NCBI GenBank assembly: GCA_041628225.1
Contig: JBFKPQ010000002.1
Span: 824 to 64,823 of the forward strand
DNA length: 64,000 nt
DNA from: Acidimicrobiia bacterium
Lineage (GTDB): Bacteria > Actinomycetota > Acidimicrobiia > Spongiisociales > JAENVV01
Reading direction: 5' to 3'
In this document: positions 8,807-17,780 of the stretch, one piece after another
Position numbering within the stretch: the stretch's first letter is position 1
How the letters are laid out: every line of letters starts with the position of its first letter
The notes under the pieces: model-generated
The model's input: the letters and a program-made list of their open reading frames with translations, nothing else
Database searches by the model: none
What the model was told of the DNA's origin: nothing
Program-made: the position numbers and the translations under genes

Positions 8807-9352
8807 TCAGCTTGGTCGATCGGCGAACCGGGTCACGATCCAGCGGTGGGCTTGGTCGACGGTGTCGACCGTGTGGATGAGACTGCCGTCGGTGCCCAGA
8901 CGGCCCGTCAACTCGGGAATGAGCGTTCGCCAGAGTTCGCCAACCGTCACGACCGGCCGTGCGGGTCGGCTGCCCAACTGTGCGATGAAGGCATCGTTCC
9001 ACGCCACCATCAGTTCCGTCAGCGTCCCGATCGATCCGGGCATGGCGACGACGCCGTCCGACATCGTCACGAGATCGTGGATGCGTTCGGTCAGTGAGGC
9101 ATGCGGTCGTTCGATCGCCACCCATGGGTTGGCACCGGAACGATCGGGAAAGAGCGCAGGTGCGGTCACCCCGATGACGGTTCCTCCGCGTTCGGCGGCA
9201 CCGCGCGACGCGGCGGCCATGACACCCGCGTAGCCGCCCGTGGCAACCGTGAAGCCGGATTCGGCCAGGAGACTGCCGAGGCGGTGGGCGGCGCGGTAGG
9301 TCGGGTGGTCCGGTGCGGGTTCTGAGCCCCCGAATACGGCGATCGTCGGCAT
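8807..9352 (-). CDS. LOG family protein (TIGR00730 Rossmann-fold, cytokinin riboside 5'-monophosphate phosphoribohydrolase-like)
   Basis: PTIAVFGGS...GGYAGVM...PGSIGTLTEL motifs. Start at the internal Met (residue 42 of ORF 8807..9475); longer alternatives are possible. Confidence 0.7.
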   Translation of the reverse strand: MPTIAVFGGSEPAPDHPTYRAAHRLGSLLAESGFTVATGGYAGVMAAASRGAAERGGTVIGVTAPALFPDRSGANPWVAIERPHASLTERIHDLVTMSDGVVAMPGSIGTLTELMVAWNDAFIAQLGSRPARPVVTVGELWRTLIPELTGRLGTDGSLIHTVDTVDQAHRWIVTRFADRPS

Positions 9353-9389
9353 GGGGCGGCGATGGTACCGGGTAGGCTCGGCTTCGACC

Positions 9390-10004
9390 ATGTCGATCCT
9401 GCTCACCGTTGCTGGCTTGGCCACGGCCGTGGTATTCGTGTTCCTCGGTGGATGGGCCATACGCGAGTCGGGCAAGGTGCGGGGACCGCACTACCGCCGT
9501 CTCCTGTTCGGTATAGGTCTGGCCGCCGTCTTTCATGCGGCCGTCGGTGTATTCGTCGCCATCTTCGGGTTCGTGCACATGGAGGCCGGATTCACCGATT
9601 CGATGGTCGTGGCGGCGTGGTACTCCTTGGGCCTGCTCACAGGGTCCGGTGCGTTGGGATGGTTCGCCTACCGCACGACCACGACGATTTCGAGGCCGCT
9701 CCAGAAGGCGGAACGGCTCATGGGCGTGATGACCGACCAACTGCCGGAGCGGTCCGTGGCCGATCTCGGCCTGACGGCCCGAGAGATCGAGGTCGTGAAG
9801 GTGATCTCGTCGGGGGAGATGTCCGATGCCGGCATCGCAGATCGGCTGTTCATCTCCAAGGCGACCGCGGCCACCCATGTGCGCAACATCCTGCGCAAAG
9901 CCGAACTGAGCAACCGTCGGGACCTCATGCTGCTGTCGGGCTGGAAAGACTTGCCTGCTTCGCCGCCCGACATGACTCCGGGACCGACTCCGCTCAGTCC
10001 GTGA
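9390..10004 (+). CDS. LuxR-family HTH transcriptional regulator with N-terminal transmembrane segments
   Basis: C-terminal REIEVVKVISSGEMSDAGIADRLFISKATAATHVRNILRKAEL (LuxR/GerE HTH). Three predicted hydrophobic helices at the N-terminus. Confidence 0.7.
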   Translation: MSILLTVAGLATAVVFVFLGGWAIRESGKVRGPHYRRLLFGIGLAAVFHAAVGVFVAIFGFVHMEAGFTDSMVVAAWYSLGLLTGSGALGWFAYRTTTTISRPLQKAERLMGVMTDQLPERSVADLGLTAREIEVVKVISSGEMSDAGIADRLFISKATAATHVRNILRKAELSNRRDLMLLSGWKDLPASPPDMTPGPTPLSP

Positions 10005-12054
10005 GCAACGAACGCAGGGCCGTCTCGATCTGCGTCGTGTCGATCAGGCCGTGTTCCTCCACCGCGAAATGCGGCATGGGCGCATCGAATCCGCACACCC
10101 GCACGATCGGCGCTTCGAGGGCATAGAGAAGCTCTTCGGCCACGGTGGCGGCGATCTCGGCTGCGATTCCGGCGGTGCGCGGTGGCTCTTGCACCAGGAG
10201 CAGTCTTCCGGTGCGAGCCACGCTGGCCAGCACCGTTTCCCGATCCCACGGGAACACGGTGCGGAGGTCGATGACCTCCACCGAGGCATCGATCGACTCG
10301 GCGGCCGTGATGGCCTTCGGCACCATCCCGCCATACGTGACGATCGTGGCGTCATCGCCGGGACGCCGAATGCGGGCTCGGCCGATCGGCAGGGTGAAGT
10401 GATCGATGGGCACGTCGGAGCGGCCCGCCCGATACAGGACCTTGGGCTCGAGAAAGATGACGGGATCGTTGGATTCGACCGCGGCCGCCAGAAGACCCTT
10501 GGCGTCGACCGGGGTGGACGGGACGATCACGATGAGCCCCGGTGCGTGGGCGAAGAAGGCCTCCGGGCTGTCGCTGTGGTGCTCGTGGGCGCGGATGCCT
10601 GCGCCGCTGGGCATGCGTACGACCACCGGCACGTCCACGGTGCCGCGTCCGCGGTAGCGCATGCGGCCGAGGTGACTGACGATCTGATCGAACGCCGGGT
10701 AGACGAAGCCGTCGAACTGGATCTCCGCGATCGGACGTCCGCCCGCCATGGCCATGCCCAGCGCCGTTCCCACGATGCCGGACTCGTTCAGTGGCGTGTC
10801 GATGACTCGGTCCGGCCCGAAGGCGTCTTGAAGTCCTTCCGTGATCCGGAAGACCCCGCCGACCCGACCGACGTCCTCGCCGAGGACGACCGTCTCCGGA
10901 TGGCGTTCCATGGCTTCCGTGAGTGCGGCCGTGAGCGCTTCGGCCATGTTCATCGGTCGCCGCGACCCGTCGGGGAGCGAATCGCGTTCGGGTTCGGCGA
11001 TCTCGTGGTCTTCGAGACCGCCCTCGGGCTCGCCGCGGCCGCGCTGGGCGGCGTAGAGCTGATCGGCGAGCAGGCTCGGGATCCTGGTGTAGGTATGGCG
11101 GACCGCGTCCGCTCGGTCGGGGAGCGGGCGATCTTCCAGAGCGCGGATCGCCTCTTCCGCTTCGTCGGCGGCCTCGTCGGCGACCGACGTCACGTCGATC
11201 GGTGCCTGGCGTAGTTCGAGGTGACGCCGGAGGCGGTCGAGCGGATCGAGCGCACGCCAGGCCTCGACCTCCGTGACATCTCGGTAGAGCGTCGGATCGT
11301 CCGCCGTGGCGTGGGGTCCGTATCGGTAGGTGATCGCCTCGATGAGGGTTGGGCCGTCCCCGCGGCGGGCGCTTTCGACTGCCGTCGTGGTTGCGACCCA
11401 CACGGCCAGGGGGTCCATTCCGTCGACCTGAACTCCCTCGAAGCCGTACGCCTTGGCCTTGACGGCGATCGACGAGGCCGCGGTTTGCTGGGCGAAGGGC
11501 ACCGAGATGGCGTAGGAGTTGTTCTGACAGAAGAACACGTTCGGCGTCTTCCACACGCCGGCGAAGTTCAGGCCGGCGTGGAAGTCGCCTTCCGAGGTGG
11601 CGCCGTCCCCGAAATAGGTCATGACGACCGTCGAGCGTCCCGCGAGACGCTCCTGGTAGGCGTGCCCCACCGCATGGGGTATCTGCGAGGCGATGGGGAC
11701 CGTCGTCAACCCCATCCGCCAGCGGTCGGGGGCCCACGCCGGGTTCGGGACCCCTTTCCAATACCCGAGAACGACGTCCATCGGCATGCCTCTGGCGAGT
11801 TGGACCCCGTGCTCCCGGTAGGACGGGTAGATCCAGTCGTCAGGACGGAGGGCGAGCGCCGAGCCGATCTGCGCCCCCTCTTGGCCCTCGAGCGGTGGGT
11901 ACGTTCCGATGCGTCCCTGACGCTGCAGCGAGAGGGCCTTCCGATCGAAAGCACGGGCCCGTGCCATGAGTCGATAGATCGTGTGCAGGTCGTCGATCGT
12001 GAGGCCTGGGTCGTCGCCGACCAATCGGCCGTTCGGGTCGAGTACTCGCAACAT
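9994..12054 (-). CDS. TPP-dependent 2-oxoacid dehydrogenase E1 component, fused alpha-beta subunits (pyruvate/branched-chain/acetoin type)
   Basis: E1-alpha region (YRLMARARAFDRKALSLQRQGRIGTYPPLEGQEGAQIG...YREHG) is joined without a stop to an E1-beta region (GEDVGRVGGVFRITEGL...IDTPLNESGIVGTALGMAMAG...FPWD). Start chosen at Met135 of the ORF so as not to overlap the divergent hisC. Confidence 0.8.
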   Translation of the reverse strand: MLRVLDPNGRLVGDDPGLTIDDLHTIYRLMARARAFDRKALSLQRQGRIGTYPPLEGQEGAQIGSALALRPDDWIYPSYREHGVQLARGMPMDVVLGYWKGVPNPAWAPDRWRMGLTTVPIASQIPHAVGHAYQERLAGRSTVVMTYFGDGATSEGDFHAGLNFAGVWKTPNVFFCQNNSYAISVPFAQQTAASSIAVKAKAYGFEGVQVDGMDPLAVWVATTTAVESARRGDGPTLIEAITYRYGPHATADDPTLYRDVTEVEAWRALDPLDRLRRHLELRQAPIDVTSVADEAADEAEEAIRALEDRPLPDRADAVRHTYTRIPSLLADQLYAAQRGRGEPEGGLEDHEIAEPERDSLPDGSRRPMNMAEALTAALTEAMERHPETVVLGEDVGRVGGVFRITEGLQDAFGPDRVIDTPLNESGIVGTALGMAMAGGRPIAEIQFDGFVYPAFDQIVSHLGRMRYRGRGTVDVPVVVRMPSGAGIRAHEHHSDSPEAFFAHAPGLIVIVPSTPVDAKGLLAAAVESNDPVIFLEPKVLYRAGRSDVPIDHFTLPIGRARIRRPGDDATIVTYGGMVPKAITAAESIDASVEVIDLRTVFPWDRETVLASVARTGRLLLVQEPPRTAGIAAEIAATVAEELLYALEAPIVRVCGFDAPMPHFAVEEHGLIDTTQIETALRSLLTD

Positions 12055-12127
12055 GGGTCCGATTCTGCCGGACGGCTCCGGCCGATGCCGGGTTGGAACG
12101 TCCCAATCCCTCGGTAGCATCGGGGGA

Positions 12128-13204
12128 ATGTCTGTCCGTGTCCGATCCGATGTGGCCGCGCTACCGCCGTACGTGCCGGGACGTGCCATCGCCGAGGTGG
12201 CGGCCGAACTGGGTATCGAGACGTCCGAGATCATCAAGTTGGCGTCCAACGAATCGCCCGAGCAGCCCTTCCCGGAGGTGATCGCCGCGGTCGCCGAATC
12301 GGCGGCCGGATTGCATCGATACCCCGACATGGCGTGCCGCGTGCCGGCGGAAGCCGTGTCCGAGGCGCTGGGAATCGATCCCGACAACCTCTGGTTCGAT
12401 GCCGGGAGTTCGGCGCTCTTGCGAACGATGGCGCTCGCTGTGGGAGGGCCGGGCACGTCTGCGGTGATGCCGTGGCCGTCGTTCGTGGTCTACCCTCTCG
12501 GTTCGCAGCTCGCCCACACCGAGTCGATCCGGGTGCCGCTCACCGACCATCACCTCGACCTGGCCGCGATGGCTTCGGCCGTCCGGTCGGACACGACGAT
12601 CCTGTACGTCTGCAACCCGAACAACCCGACGGGGACCGTCCGCGGTGGGGTGGACGTGGTCGCGATGCTCGATGACATCCCTGACGACGTGCTCGTCGTC
12701 GTCGACGAGGCCTACGGCGAGTACGTCGTCGATCCCGGCTACCGGTCGCTCGTTCCTGTGGCCCTCGAACGCCGCAACGTCGTCGTGACTCGCACGTTCT
12801 CGAAGATCTACGGCCTGGCGGCACTTCGGATCGGCTATGCGGTCGGGCACCCCGACACGCTCCGGGAGATCCGCAAGGCGCAGGCGCCGTTCTCGGTGTC
12901 GACGCCGGCACAGGTTGCCGCGGCGGCCGCCGTGCGACTCGTCGATCGCGTGCGCCAGCGTGTCGCGGCGAATCGCACCGGAGTCGAGTCGTTGGAGGCA
13001 GGGTTCGCCGACATGGCGCTTCGCTTCATTCCATCGCAGGCGAACTTCGTCGCCACCCTGCCCGACGACCCGACGGCCGTTGCTGAGCGGCTGAACGATG
13101 CCGGCATCATCACACGGCCCCTGGGCGAGCTGCTCCGGATCACCGTCGGGTCTCCCACCGAGCGAGAACGGCTGCTGCAGGCCATAGCGGCAGGTTTGGG
13201 CTAA
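12128..13204 (+). CDS. hisC: histidinol-phosphate aminotransferase-like class I/II PLP aminotransferase
   Basis: MSVRVRSDVAALPPYVPG...KLASNESPEQPF...YPD, plus a TFSKIYGLAALRIGY lysine region. RBS GGGGGAA before the ATG at 12128. Confidence 0.75.
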   Translation: MSVRVRSDVAALPPYVPGRAIAEVAAELGIETSEIIKLASNESPEQPFPEVIAAVAESAAGLHRYPDMACRVPAEAVSEALGIDPDNLWFDAGSSALLRTMALAVGGPGTSAVMPWPSFVVYPLGSQLAHTESIRVPLTDHHLDLAAMASAVRSDTTILYVCNPNNPTGTVRGGVDVVAMLDDIPDDVLVVVDEAYGEYVVDPGYRSLVPVALERRNVVVTRTFSKIYGLAALRIGYAVGHPDTLREIRKAQAPFSVSTPAQVAAAAAVRLVDRVRQRVAANRTGVESLEAGFADMALRFIPSQANFVATLPDDPTAVAERLNDAGIITRPLGELLRITVGSPTERERLLQAIAAGLG

Positions 13205-13272
13205 GTCGCCCGCGTTTCTAGCATCGGGTTCCGACATCGTGTCGGCTGGACGTTCTCCGTGAAAGGCCTCTC

Positions 13273-16200
13273 GTGAAAGCTCTCGTCTCTCTGCTGTCGC
13301 GGTCCGTGCAACGGTTCCCGTGGGTGACGGTGGTCCTGGTACTGCTCGTCTCGTTCGGGATCATGTCGTTCAACCGCGAGATCGAACAGGCGGAAGCCAA
13401 CGAGGGGTTCGCTCCCGAGGCCGAGGCGCTGGCCGCCTCGGAGCGAATCCCGGATCTCTTCGGGGACGAGTCATCGGGTTCGGTGTTGCAGATCATCGTG
13501 TCGGCCGATGGCGGGGATGTCGTGACGGCTGACGGTGCAGCCGCGGTCCGGCAGATCACGGAGACACTGCTGGCCTCGGAACTGGCCGATGACTTGCAAG
13601 CCGGCAACGGCCAGCCGCCGATCGCCAGCTTCTTGGCGCCCCTCGAAGGAGCTCCCGGCCAAGGTCCCACGCTCCAACTGGTCGTGTCATCGGCCGACGG
13701 CGACGTCGTCACCCCCGATGGCCTTGCCGCGGTGCGGTCGATCCAGCAGGCCCTGTTCTCCTCGCCGGTCGCCGAAAAGCTCGACACGGCCTCGGGCCAA
13801 CCGCCTGTGTCGAGTTTCCTCGCTCCGCTCGAGTCGGCCCAAGGCCCGTCGCTGCAGCTCGTGGTGAAAGGCTCCGACGTGTTCACCGCCGAAGGGCTTC
13901 AGCTGACCGTTGCCGCGGAACAGGCGGTCTTCTCCACGCCGCTTGCCGCCAAGTTCGTCCAAGACGGCCCGCCGGTCACGTCGTACTTGCTGCCGGTCGA
14001 GAGCGCCATCGCCCAAGGCGCTCCGGCCGATCTCCCGACGCCGGGCGTCAAGCAGACGTACCTGGAGGTGGCTCCTGAACTCCCACCCGAAGTGGTTCCG
14101 GTTCTCGGGTTTCTCGCTTCGAACGATGCCGATCTCTCGGTGCCACAGGCGAGCGCCGGCCTCATCTCGTTCAGCTTGACCGAACCCGCTTCCGCCGAAG
14201 AGGTCGAAGCGGTCCGCGCCGCGCTGGCGGCCATCGAAGCACCGGAGGGCGTCTCCGTGTCGGTGCTGACGCCCGAGCCTGCCACCGCCGGGGAGCTGAA
14301 GGAGCTCTATCGCGAACGGCTGGCCTTCGTGCCGGCCGAGGTCGTGCCCTTTCTCGACTTCCTGCTCAGCAACGATCGCGACCCGGCCGGCCCCTCCGCA
14401 TCGAAGGGCCTCATCACGGCCACGCTCACCGAGCCGCTCACCGCCGCCGACGAGGCAGGGTTGCTGTCGGCACTGTCGTCGGCTCCGTTGCCGTCCGGAT
14501 ATGCCGTGAGCTTCCTTCCGTCGGATCCGACCGACACCGAGCTCAAGGCTGCCTATCTCGATCGTCTGGCGTTCGTGCCTGCCGAACAGGCGGGTCTCGT
14601 CGAGAATCTGCTGAGCGCCGACCGCGACCTCGCCGTGCCTTCGGCGACGCACGGTCTGATGATCGTCTTCCTGGAGTCGCCGGACTTCGAGGACACGGAC
14701 GCCCAGATCGACGCGGCCCTCCGCCAGCAGGCCGCCGTCGACGCCATCGCCGAACTCGACCTACCCGATGGCTACTCGGCTCAGGCGTTCAGCTTCGAAT
14801 TGATCTTCGCTTCCGCCGACGACAGCACGGCCGAGATCGGGCGCATGTTCGGCCTCGCGGCACTGATCATCGTCGTCGTCCTCCTCTTCAACTTCTGGCG
14901 CCGGCTCCCGGCGGCGGGGACGGTCCGGTCGGTGCGGCGCATGCTGGCTACGACCGTGGTCACGCTCGTCGTCATCCTCATGGCGATCGGGATCATGCAA
15001 GGCATCGGTGTCCTCTTGGGCCCGAAGTACCTGGGGATCATCGGCGACTTCAACCAGATCGTGCAGATTCTTCCGATCCTCCTCATCGGCCTCGGTGTCG
15101 ACTACGGCATTCACATGACGACGCGCTACCAGGAGGAACTCGGAGCGGGAGCCGACGTCGAGCGGGGGACCGGCATCGCCATTCGTACCGTCGGCGTCGC
15201 TCTGGTCTTGGCGACCGTCACGACGGTGGTGGGGTTCCTCACGAACCTCGTGTCGCCCGTGCCGGCGTTGAAGGACTTCGGCATCCTGGCGGCGGTCGGC
15301 ATCGTCGTGTCGTTCGTGCTCATGCTCACGCTCATGCCGGCAATTCGCCTCATCCTCGACAAGGTGGCGGAGCGCAATGGACATCTCGATGCCGCCGACT
15401 TCGCCTCCGAAGGTGCGCGGGGTGGTGCGATCGGCGCTTTGCTGGCCGGTTTCGTGGGAGGTGCTGCCGTCTACGCCGCCAGCGCGTCGATCGAAGCGGG
15501 TATCAAGTCGGTGGGTTACGGCGAGGTCTTCGAGGTCGCGCAACTGGGTCTGTTCGCCGTCATCGGTGCCGCGGTAGGCCTGGTCATCATCTTTCTGCCC
15601 CGCATCGTCGGGCCCACGGGAGCGCTGGCCGAGCGATTCCCGGTCTGGGTGGTGATCGCCGCCCTGGCCATCGGCGGGGTCGGCTACTACGGGTTCCAAC
15701 AGCTCGAGACGAGGTTCTCCTTCACGGACTTCGTGCCGTCGGACAACCCGTTGCTGGGCGCGATCGACCTGCTGACCGACGAGTTCGGTGGAGGGTTCGG
15801 TGAGACGACCTCGATACTCATCGAAGGGAACGTAGCCACCCCCGACGTGCACAACGCGCAAGTCGATGCGCTCGAGGCGCTGGGCGACACACCCGATGTC
15901 GTGCTGTTCGGCGACGCGGCCGCGCAAGATTCGGTGCTGTCGGTGCTCGGCTCGCTGATCGACCCATCCCTCCCGACGTTCTCGACCGACGTCGCCGGAG
16001 CTGCGCAGGCTGCGGGCGTCGGTTCCGATCTGCGGGTGGCGGCCGACGCCGATGTCGAAGCCCTCTACGGCGCCGTGCAGGCCGCCGCGCCGAACGAGTT
16101 CGCTTCGGTCGTGCATGGCGCCGGCGGCTCGTACACGGCCGGACTCTGGACGATCAACACGCAGGCCGGCGACCTGCGGGCCGGCGAGCTGAACGACAAC

Positions 16201-16845
16201 CTCGTGGAGGTGTTCGATCCTGTCGTCGGCGCCGGCGTGTCGGCGATACCGACCTCGCAGAACATCATCGGCGACGTCGTCGTCAAGTCGCTCCAGGCGT
16301 CGCAGGTCAGCTCGTTGTGGATCACCCTGATCGCCGCCACGTTGCTGCTGATCCTGAACTTCTGGATCGAATCGCGGCGCCCGCTGCTCGGCGTCATCAC
16401 CATGTTGCCGGTTGCGCTCGTCGTGCTCGCCACCTTCGGGACGATGGCGGTCACCGGCATCCCGTTCGGGCCGGTTACGGCCACGATCTCGGCGCTGGCG
16501 ATCGGCATCGGCGTGCCGTACACGATCCACATCACGCACCGCTTCCAGGAAGACCGGATCCGTCACGACTCGACGGAGGCGGCCATTCGGTCGACGACCC
16601 TGCACACCGGGGGTGCCCTGGCGGGTTCGGCCCTCACGACGATGGCCGGATTCGGCTCGCTGGTGACGTCGGCCCTGACGCCGTTCCAGCAGTTCGGCGC
16701 CGTGACCTTCTACGCCATCTTCTACGCCCTGGCGTTTTCGATCTTGCTGCTGCCGTCGATGCTCGTCCTGTGGGACCGCTGGCACCGGTCACGAGGCGAG
16801 GCGACGATCGACGAGAGCCGCCTGCACGAAGCGCTCGAGATCTGA
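13273..16845 (+). CDS. MMPL/RND superfamily membrane transporter with enlarged repeat-containing first periplasmic domain
   Basis: TM1, then a ~470-aa loop with tandem ~70-aa repeats, then two 6-TM RND bundles (GLGVDYGIHM..., AIGIGVPYTIHITHRFQE). GTG start with a GAAAGG RBS. Confidence 0.85.
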   Translation: MKALVSLLSRSVQRFPWVTVVLVLLVSFGIMSFNREIEQAEANEGFAPEAEALAASERIPDLFGDESSGSVLQIIVSADGGDVVTADGAAAVRQITETLLASELADDLQAGNGQPPIASFLAPLEGAPGQGPTLQLVVSSADGDVVTPDGLAAVRSIQQALFSSPVAEKLDTASGQPPVSSFLAPLESAQGPSLQLVVKGSDVFTAEGLQLTVAAEQAVFSTPLAAKFVQDGPPVTSYLLPVESAIAQGAPADLPTPGVKQTYLEVAPELPPEVVPVLGFLASNDADLSVPQASAGLISFSLTEPASAEEVEAVRAALAAIEAPEGVSVSVLTPEPATAGELKELYRERLAFVPAEVVPFLDFLLSNDRDPAGPSASKGLITATLTEPLTAADEAGLLSALSSAPLPSGYAVSFLPSDPTDTELKAAYLDRLAFVPAEQAGLVENLLSADRDLAVPSATHGLMIVFLESPDFEDTDAQIDAALRQQAAVDAIAELDLPDGYSAQAFSFELIFASADDSTAEIGRMFGLAALIIVVVLLFNFWRRLPAAGTVRSVRRMLATTVVTLVVILMAIGIMQGIGVLLGPKYLGIIGDFNQIVQILPILLIGLGVDYGIHMTTRYQEELGAGADVERGTGIAIRTVGVALVLATVTTVVGFLTNLVSPVPALKDFGILAAVGIVVSFVLMLTLMPAIRLILDKVAERNGHLDAADFASEGARGGAIGALLAGFVGGAAVYAASASIEAGIKSVGYGEVFEVAQLGLFAVIGAAVGLVIIFLPRIVGPTGALAERFPVWVVIAALAIGGVGYYGFQQLETRFSFTDFVPSDNPLLGAIDLLTDEFGGGFGETTSILIEGNVATPDVHNAQVDALEALGDTPDVVLFGDAAAQDSVLSVLGSLIDPSLPTFSTDVAGAAQAAGVGSDLRVAADADVEALYGAVQAAAPNEFASVVHGAGGSYTAGLWTINTQAGDLRAGELNDNLVEVFDPVVGAGVSAIPTSQNIIGDVVVKSLQASQVSSLWITLIAATLLLILNFWIESRRPLLGVITMLPVALVVLATFGTMAVTGIPFGPVTATISALAIGIGVPYTIHITHRFQEDRIRHDSTEAAIRSTTLHTGGALAGSALTTMAGFGSLVTSALTPFQQFGAVTFYAIFYALAFSILLLPSMLVLWDRWHRSRGEATIDESRLHEALEI

Positions 16846-16881
16846 GCGAGGGGGAGCCCGCTCGGGCTCCCCCTTTCGCTC
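16844..16881. terminator. GC-rich hairpin (gagcga-GGGGGAGCCCG-ct-CGGGCTCCCCC-tt-tcgctc) between convergent genes
   Basis: Perfect 11-bp stem plus 6-bp outer stem, starting at the MMPL stop codon and followed by TTT. Confidence 0.5.
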
Positions 16882-17101
16882 ACTTACAAACCGAGAACCC
16901 TCGGTGGGTGCCCGGCTTGTGTCCCTGACCAAGGAGTCCATCGTGCGCCAGCGGCACGATGTGGTGCTTGGCGTATTCGTGGCCGGACGGCATACCGTCC
17001 ATGTTGGTGTCGTTGCACGGCGGGGCCGTGTGGGCGAAGGCCGGTATGGCCGCCACCATCATGAGCGCTACGAGCGCCAGGGTCGTCACGAATCGTCGCA
17101 T
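16880..17101 (-). CDS. small secreted His-rich protein (73 aa, signal peptide), hypothetical
   Basis: MRRFVTTLALVALMMVAAIPAFA signal. Mature part HTAPPCNDTNMDGMPSGHEYAKHHIVPLAHDGLLGQGHKPGTHRGFSVCK. Strong SD GAGGAGGAGAGGA before the ATG. Confidence 0.55.
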   Translation of the reverse strand: MRRFVTTLALVALMMVAAIPAFAHTAPPCNDTNMDGMPSGHEYAKHHIVPLAHDGLLGQGHKPGTHRGFSVCK

Positions 17102-17210
17102 TCCTCTCCTCCTCGTGTTGAGGCGACGCACCGCAGTACGGATGCCTGCCGCGATCGGTTCGTGGTCGAACGACGGCGGGGCCGGCGTCGGCGCCTCTGC
17201 GTCGGCGGGG

Positions 17211-17780
17211 TCAGCGGAGCCCGTCGAGGATGAACCGCTGGATCTGTTCGGCGAGCCCGGCCCGGTCGATCCGGCCGCCCGGGTCGTACCAGCGTTCGAC
17301 GGCGTTGAGGACCGAGAGAACGAAGATGGCAGCCATGTGCGGGTCGAGATCCGAGCGAAACGAGCCGTCGGCGACGCCGGCCCTCACGACCTTCCGGAAC
17401 TCCTGCTCGTAGCGGTCTCGCTGCTCGAGGACGTGCTGTCGCTGGGTGTCGGGAAGCGAGCGGGCTTCGTGGAGGAAGGTCCGTGCCTCGTCGCGGTGAT
17501 CGAGTACCACCCCGAGGTGTCCGACGACCAACAGCTCCAGGCGGTCGGCGGCGGAGGCGACGTCGGATACCTGCGCCCGTTCCGCGACCGCGCCGAACAG
17601 CTCGCCCCCTCGGCGGACCACCTCGACGAGGAGTTCCTCCTTGCTGCCGATGTGGGCGTAGAGCGAACCGCGCAACAGCCCCAACTCGTCTCCGAGGTCG
17701 CGCATGGAGGTTCCGTGGTAGCCGCGCTTGGCGAACAGTCGGCCGGCCGCGATGACGACGTCGTCGCGGGAGGTGGTCAT
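17211..17780 (-). CDS. TetR-family transcriptional regulator (PaaR-like, co-transcribed with paa operon)
   Basis: TetR HTH DVVIAAGRLFAKRGYHGTSMRDLGDELGLLRGSLYAHIGSKEELL. Its start overlaps the paaE stop (ATGA). Confidence 0.85.
   Translation of the reverse strand: MTTSRDDVVIAAGRLFAKRGYHGTSMRDLGDELGLLRGSLYAHIGSKEELLVEVVRRGGELFGAVAERAQVSDVASAADRLELLVVGHLGVVLDHRDEARTFLHEARSLPDTQRQHVLEQRDRYEQEFRKVVRAGVADGSFRSDLDPHMAAIFVLSVLNAVERWYDPGGRIDRAGLAEQIQRFILDGLR

Noticed and set aside
8478-9878. 466-aa minus-strand ORF, very Arg/Pro/Gly-rich
   Set aside because: It is antisense to the LOG and LuxR genes and has no domain signature. It is a typical shadow ORF of high-GC DNA.
10352-11761. 469-aa Arg-rich ORF, and 387-aa plus-strand ORF 10051..11214
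   Set aside because: It is out of frame with, or antisense to, the well-supported E1 alpha-beta gene. It has low-complexity composition.
14761-16785. 674-aa minus-strand ORF opposite the MMPL gene
   Set aside because: Spurious antisense ORF. It has an extreme Arg/Asp/His composition and no TM or other pattern.
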